Below, piece by piece: positions 24,875 through 33,226 of a DNA stretch of 33,226 bases. Source of the stretch: Spongospora subterranea f. sp. subterranea (taxonomy: Eukaryota). The first letter of the stretch is position 1; each line of letters starts with the position of its first letter. The translations under genes and the position numbers were made by a program. The notes beneath the pieces are model-generated. The model worked only from the letters and a program-made list of their open reading frames with translations, was not told the origin of the DNA and did not search any database. The stretch covers positions 186,001 through 219,226 of the forward strand of contig JAUGWO010000012.1 of assembly GCA_049724395.1 (NCBI GenBank), in the 5' to 3' direction.

Positions 24875-25367
24875 ACTGGATACCTAACCGTACACTCTGT
24901 AGTTCAAATTAAAATGCGTACCGCGCATAATATCAGTAATATTTGTAATGGGGAGTACATTGGCTTTTTATAGCGAGTTTGAGGGTTGCGCATTACAAAA
25001 GTTGAGGAGTTAACCGCCGCGCAACCCCGCGCAATGGTGCGCAGTAAAATTTTCTATCCATTCAATAAAAAAGAACTGAATTTTCAAAAGAAGAAAACGC
25101 CGCGCAGAATGTTTCTTCTGCGCATAGTCGGTGCGCACAAATTCCCATTGTTGCGCATGTGTCTACGTTTCTTGCGCACAAATGCGCACGATCGCGCAAA
25201 TGACGTAATTAGGGCGATTACTGATATTAATCCTTGTACGTGTCAGTAAGGAGGTTAAAACGATAAACTGCGTCACGGACTGCGTAACACGTGTTTACGC
25301 AATGCCCATCACGGAGAAGTGAAAAACAGCGACGCGCTTTATACTGTATGCATATTGCTGCAACGAA

Positions 25368-26192
25368 ATGAGCAAGGGTGCAATGGCTGCTAACAAGCAA
25401 GGGTGGATGCAGGATCCTCAAGACATTGCTTTAGAAGCAATTCTTCTTGAGCATGACATGCAACCCGACAAATTAACAGGGAAAGGCGTCAAGGATCTGA
25501 ATGGGATTTTTAATAACATCGACAGTAACTATTTAGGAGGGAAGATCCGTTCTATGCGCGCTAGAATCGAATCTCAAGGTATCAGTTCTTTGAGAACAGC
25601 TACAACATCAATTTATTTGTTTACAGGTCCGTCTAATGAAGATGCGCCAGAAAATAATGTAGCAATTTTGTGCAAACGTGGTCCCGAAAGTAGAGAACCA
25701 GGGGTCACACCGAAAAGAATTGTTCCGTCATCGTTGTACTCATCGAAGACGGCATTAACACCAAAAGCCGTAGTTTCGGATTTTAAGTTACACCGTTCTA
25801 TGGAATACATATGCCGGGAATCGATGCGGTCTAAAATTCTAGTAATTGTATAATTACTGGGCCATATGGAAATGAAGTCCCGGGTTTCCGAAGACGGAAT
25901 GGAATTGGTAATATCAATTACCGACAAGTTTGAGGATGCGAATCCGTTCATCAATCCGGAATTGACTTCCATTGCGGAGGTTCTGTCGGATCCTGAGTCA
26001 AGAATTCTGGGGTCATTATTCACAGATAGCCCACCAGCCAGCTACACGTATCGCATATGCTTGGGGAAGGCTGTATTAAGCAGCAAATCTCAACGAGTTG
26101 TCAAAAACGCGAAAGGGAATCCTGTGAGGATGCTGATCACTCTAACAGTCCGCGAAGAAGGTCACGACGACTCGTCAATGGAGTCGTTATAA
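25368..26192 (+). pseudogene. Harbinger accessory ORF (helical DNA-binding-like N-terminus, beta-sandwich-like C-terminus), one in-frame TAA
   Basis: ORFs 25368-25853 and 25866-26192 share a frame, separated by TAA at 25851-25853; probable short intron near 25579-25627; lies within the TIRs. Confidence 0.65.
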
Positions 26193-26377
26193 ATTATCAA
26201 TTACATCAGAATGCATGTATTGCCCAATTTCTCGTTTCTTCGCAAATTCTTGTGTTTACCGCAACTTCCAGAGAAAAAGAACTGGCCAACATAATTTTAG
26301 TACTGTATTGTTATAATAGAAGCTCTTTAAAACTTGTGTAAACCTTTGTTTACAGACCTTCACCTATACCACTGGCT

Positions 26378-26846
26378 TTACTTTCCAAAGTCAGTACACC
26401 AATTTAGGGCGCAGAGGAATTGTTGCAAATCAGCTGCGTTGGTTGGAATTGGCATATTACGGAGAGGGTTAATAAGCTGAGGATCAAATGATATATCTTT
26501 CGCTGAAATTACTCTTCCTGTCCATGTGACATCCTTCAAAAATAATTCGCACTTTTGCGGATTAAGTTTAATCGATTTGTCGTTCAAACGCGATACAGTG
26601 CGTTCGAGATTCGCTAAATGGGCGGATTGCTTCCCATAACCTAGGATGTCATCTACCCAGAGGAGAACTATGGTATAAATGAGGTCACCGAGTGCTTCTT
26701 GCATTCCAGCTTGGAACACGAAGACGGAGTCGACTATGCCCTGAATAATTCGCCTAGGAGTGAATACTGCCTCATGAGTCATAAAGGAACAGAATTCCTG
26801 CGAATCTGGATGAAGTGGGAACTGCCAGTATCCCTTAAACGCATCT
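26378..26846 (-). pseudogene. Ty3/gypsy LTR-retrotransposon reverse transcriptase fragment
   Basis: LDAFKGYWQFPL, QG..DS..FQ, LWVDDIL, KLNPQKC, PTNAADLQQFL.ALNW; no LTRs or other pol domains seen. Confidence 0.88.
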
Positions 26847-27847
26847 AATAATCTTTTGTGGGCATGCCTTTGCTCGATGTCCATCCGTTTCACAGGTGAC
26901 ACATCTGGCTGGTGCATCTTTGTTTGGGCAAACAGCAGCCTTATGATTTTGCTCACCACAGATGTGGCATCTATTCCGCCACAATAATCTTTATCAGGGC
27001 ATTCCAGGAGAAGGCACTGGGAGCATGTGTTCTTTTTTCTAATTTTCTTGCGTTCCACACGGAATGGTTTGCCACAGATGATGATATTTTTTTGGGCGAT
27101 CGCTTCCTCTGCTTGTTGCTTATGTTGACGTAATGAGGGTTGTTGCTTTGGCGATGTTTGTTGCTTTAGATGGCCTAATTGGCCCCTTGATTGCTGAGAA
27201 AATTTGCCCAGTGGTGACAACCCATGCGGGGATGTTAAAAGCGACGATCTGGCGGTCACTATTGTTGGCTTCAAGGTTTGTTTCATGGATTGACTAATTC
27301 AACATATTTTATGAAACCACGCAATCTAACACTGGCTAAACATTTTTTCCGGCAGGACAATTCAAGCATTTGCAAAACATTGCTGAATACAAAGGACAGA
27401 TTTGCAGACCTAATACACTTGAAGCCAACGATAGTGACCGCCAGATATCGTCGCTTTTAACATCCCCGCATGGGTTGTCACCACTGGGCAAATTTTCTCA
27501 GCAATCAAGGGGCCAATTAGGCCATCTAAAGCAACAAACATCGCCAAAGCAACAACCCTCATTATGTCAACATAAGCAACAAGCAGAGGAAGCGATCGCC
27601 CAAAAAATATCATCATCTGTGGCAAACCATTCCGTGTGGAACGCAAGAAAATTAGAAAAAAGAACACATGCTCCCAGTGCCTTCTCCTGGAATGCCCTGA
27701 TAAAAATTATTGTGGGCGGAAAGATGCCACATCTGTGGTGAGCAAAATCATAAGGCTGCTGTATGCCCAAACAAAGATGCACCAGCCAGATGTGTCACCA
27801 GTGAAACGGATGGACATCGAGCAGAGGCATGCCCACACAAGATTATT
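26847..27847. repeat. Inverted duplication, about 430-bp arms (26847-27275 / 27418-27847) with a 142-bp spacer
   Basis: The arms are reverse complements with about 10-12 differences by eye; both encode the LINE ORF1 cysteine-cluster region. Confidence 0.95.
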
Positions 27848-29285
27848 TTTGATTGATCGGAGAAAGGACTATGTAAGATTTGACGAAATACACTTACCTT
27901 CCGCCTTTTTCAATGTCGATACTTCGCCAAAAATCATTGTAGATGTTATCAAATAGAAATAAATAAGCGCAGGAAAACAGAAGATCGACATCGTAATTTA
28001 CGGAAAGCGGAAGAGTCAAATCCCAAACGAATGCAACGACGCGACAGTATAGACAGAACAAAAACGATTCAACAAACTGGACAGAGAAAATAGGAACGGA
28101 CTCCACCCTACCTGTCCCATTGACATATCCAACACGAAATACATATTTAAAGACGTTATTGGGATAGGAAACTGTGCTTTGGAAGCGATCAGAACTTCGG
28201 GGGCCATTCCCAATACATCTGTTCACCAACTGAGAACGGATATCTGTCAATATGCCAGAAATCCACAGCAAGGACGGGCAATCGCACATAATCTATTGAA
28301 CTACGCAGGATCCCTGCCAAATCACGACGATCTCACATTGGATGAATACCTCGATATAATGCAAAGAGATTGCCAATGGGCTGGGCTATTCGAACTCACA
28401 ATAGCGGCATTCCTATTCAAAATCAACATCATCATAATAAGTCATTCAACAAAGTCATTTACCACAAATTTCCGAAAATGGATTGAGAACTCCTTTCCAA
28501 AGCTTCGAGATATCTCGGAATGGAGGACGACCATACACCTACTGCATCATAAACAGGGAACACCATTGACCCCAATGGAACACAGCAGGCTCAACCACTA
28601 TGCAACATTGTTCCCGATAAATAAGGACGGCCGAAACTTGAACTTGAATGACGACATGACAGAGGAACAATGTGAACAGTACATTTCTCACTACAAAGAG
28701 AATTCCACTACTCATAACGACACACAAAAACCAGAAGCAGCCACCGAAGAACTCAGCAAACATAGTTGGAGTTTAACTCACAAAAACCATGAATCACCAA
28801 ACAGCAACTGTAAAGAACCCTCCTGTGCCAGCAGGATAAGACTGGATTCTCACCTAACAGAATTTGCTAATGTCAGGAAAGACATAAACAGACTCATATC
28901 CCATAGAAACAAAAAAAGACTCATTCCATACTGCACTGAGGATGAAGCACCTGCTAGAATACACGAATTCAAACCAAAAAAGTTAAAGCCAGAAAGATCG
29001 AATAAACGATACTTGGAAACTGAGGCTGAAGTTCAAGGCCATAAATCCAAAAGGAGATACCTCAATGAAAATGAGTCTGACTGCAGCCAAATTACACCTA
29101 TCCCATCATTGATCCAACCATTTCTCGGAACCAAGCAACCTTGCCAGCATAGACCGATACAATCCAGAATTACCCACTTTTTCAAACCTAATCAAAAAAT
29201 CCACAAAGTGATTCTAGGTAACACAACTACCAAACACCAACTGGTAACACAACAACAAACAAAACCCCATATCGGAAAGATCTGA
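27278..29285 (+). pseudogene. LINE ORF1: gag-like cysteine cluster, OTU-like cysteine protease and PIP-box; disrupted by small indels and three in-frame stops
   Basis: CSQCLLLECPDKNYC knuckle-like motif. The frame is continuous from 27636 to 29285 apart from TAG27954, TAA27960 and TAG28050. OTU motifs DVIGIGNCALEAI, LRTDI, YLDIM..WAGLFEL..AA, IHLLH, NHY. Confidence 0.75.
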
Positions 29286-29331
29286 GACCAGGAAAAAAGC
29301 GAATCGTATTACCAACTACTTTAAATTTGAA

Positions 29332-32300
29332 ATGGGACTCGTTGAGAAGAAACACAGAGGCATACACAAGGCCGCCAATCACAGCTATCGAATTGCACAA
29401 TGGAATGCCGGCCGGCTAACGGAGATTAAGTCTTATGAACTGGCTCGCTTCACTGCCAAGCACAAAATCGATGTTATATGCATATCCGAGCTAGGGCACA
29501 GAAGAAGAATAGCCGGATTCCCTAATTATCACTGCAGCGATACATTCACTCAATCAGCAATATTCTGGAGGGAGGGATTGGATATCAAAACAAGTAACTG
29601 CCCCACTATCAACATATTCGAAAAATCGCGAATCAACACGCAACTATTACTATTGAATGGGGAAATAATGTTGATACATACGTACATACCACCAGATGCT
29701 AACAATAAGGCGCGATCAGAGTTCTGGAAAGCAATGGAACAGTTTGCAGATGAACAGAATATGCCAACAATAATTACAGGCGATCTAAACACAAAAGATA
29801 AACGATTTGGAAAAAATCACGAAGAACATCACGAATACCTTGACTCCATCTTGATGGAATTTTCCATGATAAATAATGTCAACACCCCAACCAGAGGACC
29901 GAACAATTTAGACATCACACTTTGCAATCAAACTTTTATCCCCTTCGTCCAAAGCTGGAAAGCGCACGCTAGCTTGAGCAGTGACCATCTGCCAACCATC
30001 ATCAAAACTACCATCCCAACAGGTCGGCAAAAACGCACAAACACGCTGAAAGAGCCCATCAAAATAATAGATAATGAGAAAACAATCAACAAGCTCATGG
30101 AGCGAATCACAAACATGAACAGTGATCAACTGACACTAACAAATATTCACAATGCTATAACAGAGTCGATCCACCACAAAACTATTCGTCGCAACGCATG
30201 TCCATTCTGGAACGATGAACTGAGAATCGCTTACAGAAGAAGGAACCGCGCCAAAACAAAATGGCAGCAATCAATGGTGAAACAACACCGAGCTGACCGT
30301 ATCGAGAAAAGGAAACGAAAATTACAGAAACTCGACACACATTTCAAAAACATGTTTAGAAACCACAAGCACAAACACTTACTTAAAATGGCAAGAGAAG
30401 CTAGTATGGACAATACGGGAGCAGCAACGTGGAAGATGCTGAAAACCCTGGTTCCGCAAACAAACAAAAAGCATCGTACCTTCGCAACTCGTACCAACAA
30501 TGCAGTTGAAGAAGCAAATCGGATCGTCGAAAATTTCAGCGCCATTTCGAATCCACTTGATCTTGAGCTATCCAAGGAGGAGCGAGCAAAATATAATGAA
30601 TTGGTCATTGACCTAAAACGGCGAAGGGCTTGTAGCCATCCACCACCTATCACAAAAAGAGAGCTGGACAGAGCAGCAACAAAGGCAAAAAGTAGAGCAG
30701 CTCCTGGATTAGATGGGATCTCTTCAAAACTTCTAAAACAAATATGTGCAAATGGCAAATTAGCAGACAGCATCAGACAGGCGATTAACAATGACATCAT
30801 TGTGAAAGGGTCATTCCCAGATACCTTGAAGATGGCAAAAATTATCCCGTTACCGAAATCAAAACCCGGTGATTACCGCCCAATATCCCTATTGACTTCT
30901 TTGGCAAAATTAGTTGAGAGCATCATTGAACATCGACTACGCCAGCAATCAGAAAAGCACATTCCGAAGAATCAATCGGGCTGCAGACCAGCTCACAGCA
31001 CCTCACATGCGCTGCTTAGACTTCTGCACAATTCAGCCATTGCTGCCGCATCAAAAAATAGATTTGCTGTGGTCCTATACGACTACATGAAAGCTTTTGA
31101 TAGAGTACAGCGGCCACTCTTGATAGAAAAATTAAATCGCATGGGAATAGAGCCATATCTAACACTGTTAATTGATAACTGGTTAACAAACCGAATGTAC
31201 GAGGTGCATTATCGAAATGTGCAGTCATCACAGTATGAGCAGATTAATGGAATTCCACAAGGATCCAGTATTAGTGTTCTACTGTGGATATTGTATATCT
31301 ATGATGCCCCATTGAGTATGAACAATAGCAACGTATATGTTGACGACACTACACAATGGGAACAGGGCACTTCTAAGAAAGAAGTCGCTGAAAAACTACG
31401 AGAAAGCAGCAGCGAACTGTATAAATGGTGCAAGGTCAACAAAATCAAATTACAATGGATGAAGACGTATCTCCTGTTTAATAGACACGCAGACTCAGAC
31501 AAAATAGAGGTCGATGCAAATCACAAAATCCATACTGCGACAACCATGAAATACCTTGGGGCTAATCTCTTGGCAAATCCAGCCTGCAACAAAGCAACCA
31601 TTCTGATTGACATGACAGAGCCGGCAGTCGACATTCGACGACGCTGCAAACTAATGAGACTATTGAGGCAATATAAATTACCAACGAAACTGTTCCAACA
31701 AATTTGTAAAGGATTCATCGGAGGAAAACTCAACTACTATCTACCGTGGATAGCGGGAGAAATGACGAGCACCACTTTCAGACCAATGGAAATAGCATAC
31801 AATGATTATATGAGAACCTATACAGGATCATTCATATCGACACCAATCACACTATTACACGCTATATCCGGATTCCCATTATTGAAAGACAAAATTATTA
31901 GCGCAACCACCATGACGGTTTTAGCCGCGCGCGCCAACGGATCACAACTGGGACAGGACTACACCAAATGGACAGGATTCGGCGATGGCTGGTCTCCACT
32001 TGGCCAAGTCTGGAAAGCTCTCAGAGAAAGAGTCCCGAAAGGATACAAAACCATTCATGCGAAGGTAGATATTGCAGCAAACATTCTCGAAGCTCTTTAT
32101 ACAGTAAATTACCACAAATCCACTCGAACGGAGGCAATTGCAAAGCACAAAAGAAACGAACTTCTTCCTCGTAACCCGGATGTAGAAATATGGACTGATG
32201 GCAGTTATACTAACGGGAAAAAAGGGGGAGCTGCTGCCCTCATTCGATACAAGAACACCAATGGTGAAACGGCAAATTACACTGAGGAGAAGTCGCAAAT

Positions 32301-33102
32301 CAAACTGGGTCGCACAATCACCTCGAGTTACGAAGCCGAGATAATTGCATTACATGCTGGTCTAGAACTGGCCGTAGATAAAAAGTTCAAAAAGAGAACG
32401 ATACACATAATGACAGACTCGTTATCATGGGTAAGTCAATTCCAATCATTACCTATCAAACCTCGAAGAGTACATGCTGTTGTGGCAGACTCTGCTCGAA
32501 TGCTAGCGAAATTAACCCGGCGCAATCAGATTCATATTCACTACATTCCAAGTCATGTCGACCAAAAAAGTGACACATCTGGAAATGATAGCTCAAAAGC
32601 AATAGGACGAAGCAATGAAATTGATCAACTAGCAAAGAATGCGGCGAATATTTAGAGCAAAATAGAGCATGGACCATTTCTGTCATCCTTCAAACTTCAA
32701 CTTAAGAAATACGAAAGAGGTCAATTAAAACAGTACCTGAAAGCGAACATTAAATGCAGCCACTTCCCAAACTACCCAGATAGAGACCCGTTTCGCAAAC
32801 TACCAGATGAATCAACGCCACACATGCTAATTAACAGAGCACGAACTGGACATAGCAGATGCAGACAACACCTCAGCAACATTGGAATGGAAGATACGAA
32901 CAAGTGCAGACACTGTAACAAACATCCTGAAACAATTGAACATCAAGTATTACAATGCGAAGTATTTAAAAGACGACTCAAGAAAAGCAGGCGGATCTAC
33001 GAGACGCTACCGGTAACTTCGTTCAACACAGCAATTTGGAGCCATGAAAAGGCAATGACAAAAATCTTGCGCAAAGCCGAAAAAGCAGGCTGCTTTATCT
33101 AA
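29332..33102 (+). CDS. LINE ORF2: AP endonuclease, reverse transcriptase, RNase H and CCHC finger; single in-frame TAG at 32653-32655
   Basis: APE (QWNAG, CISE, GDLN, LDIT, SDHLP); RT (APGLDG, YRPISL, QSGCR, KAFDRV, GIPQGS, YVDD, KYLG); RNase H (WTDGS, EAE, TDS, PSH). The frame stays open after the TAG to RARTGH..CRHC..ETIEH..LQC. Confidence 0.93.
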
Positions 33103-33114
33103 TAATGATTAGTC

Positions 33115-33226
33115 TTTATTGGGTCTGACCACATGGCCATAATGAATGTGGGAGAGGAAGCTGCTTGCAGTGACCTCGAAACTCTGGATAGGCAATGTAA
33201 TCGGGTGGGGGGCAGGTCCCATTCGG
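33115..33226 (+). ncRNA. Hammerhead-ribozyme-like core (variant) in the LINE 3' region, incomplete in window
   Basis: CTGA(33125-28)-[hairpin CCACAT/ATGTGG]-GA(33152-53)-[stem GAGG/CCTC]-GAAAC(33178-82); no convincing stem I or III partners inside the window. Confidence 0.4.

Larger units (their letters stand above)
23904..26268. mobile_element. PIF/Harbinger-superfamily DNA transposon with two divergent ORFs
   Basis: 16-bp perfect TIRs GAAGTTGCGGTAAACA (23904-23919 / 26253-26268), 3-bp CAG duplication (23901-23903, 26269-26271), and a DDE_Tnp_4 transposase inside. Confidence 0.88.
27276..33226 (+). mobile_element. Non-LTR retrotransposon (APE-RT-RNase H type), 5'-truncated or rearranged; 3' end probably beyond the window
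   Basis: A-rich sense strand, an ORF1-like region followed by an ORF2 with all LINE catalytic domains. Confidence 0.92.

Noticed and set aside
29550..32686. Several minus-strand ORFs within the LINE (e.g. 30231-30800)
   Set aside because: Antisense shadows of the A-rich ORF2 with no domain signal.
27636..33102. Alternative genetic code (TAA/TAG = Gln) explaining the in-frame stops
   Set aside because: ORF2 runs 1107 codons using CAA/CAG for Gln with no TAR, and a host gene appears to end in TAG; sporadic mutation is simpler.

Overview
Eukaryotic (not prokaryotic) DNA from a gene-dense, intron-rich genome with short, mostly 45-70 bp GT-AG introns, probably a protist; the organism cannot be determined from sequence alone. 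Host genes: an ATG18/WIPI-like beta-propeller (minus, truncated by the window start), a bromodomain plus ATXR3/SDG2-type SET methyltransferase (minus), the DEAH helicase DHX35 (plus), an armadillo-repeat protein (plus) and two or three hypothetical genes. There are two transposon-rich blocks. The first (about 11.1-15.4 kb) holds a 31-bp minisatellite, a pogo-like element with a nested Mutator-like MITE, a LINE ORF1 remnant ending in a perfect 141-bp palindrome, and a hAT element whose left end appears to have inserted into its own transposase gene. The second (23.9-33.2 kb) holds a two-ORF PIF/Harbinger-like element, a Ty3/gypsy RT fragment, and a large APE-RT-RNaseH non-LTR retrotransposon. 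That retrotransposon's ORF1 carries an OTU-like cysteine protease and a PIP-box, and its 3' region contains a hammerhead-like core with a hairpin inserted at position 7. A roughly 850-nt fold-back (hpRNA/miRNA-precursor-like) lies at 16.7-17.6 kb and a possible structured ncRNA at 1.6-1.9 kb. Exon boundaries were read by eye and are approximate; no database searches were run.
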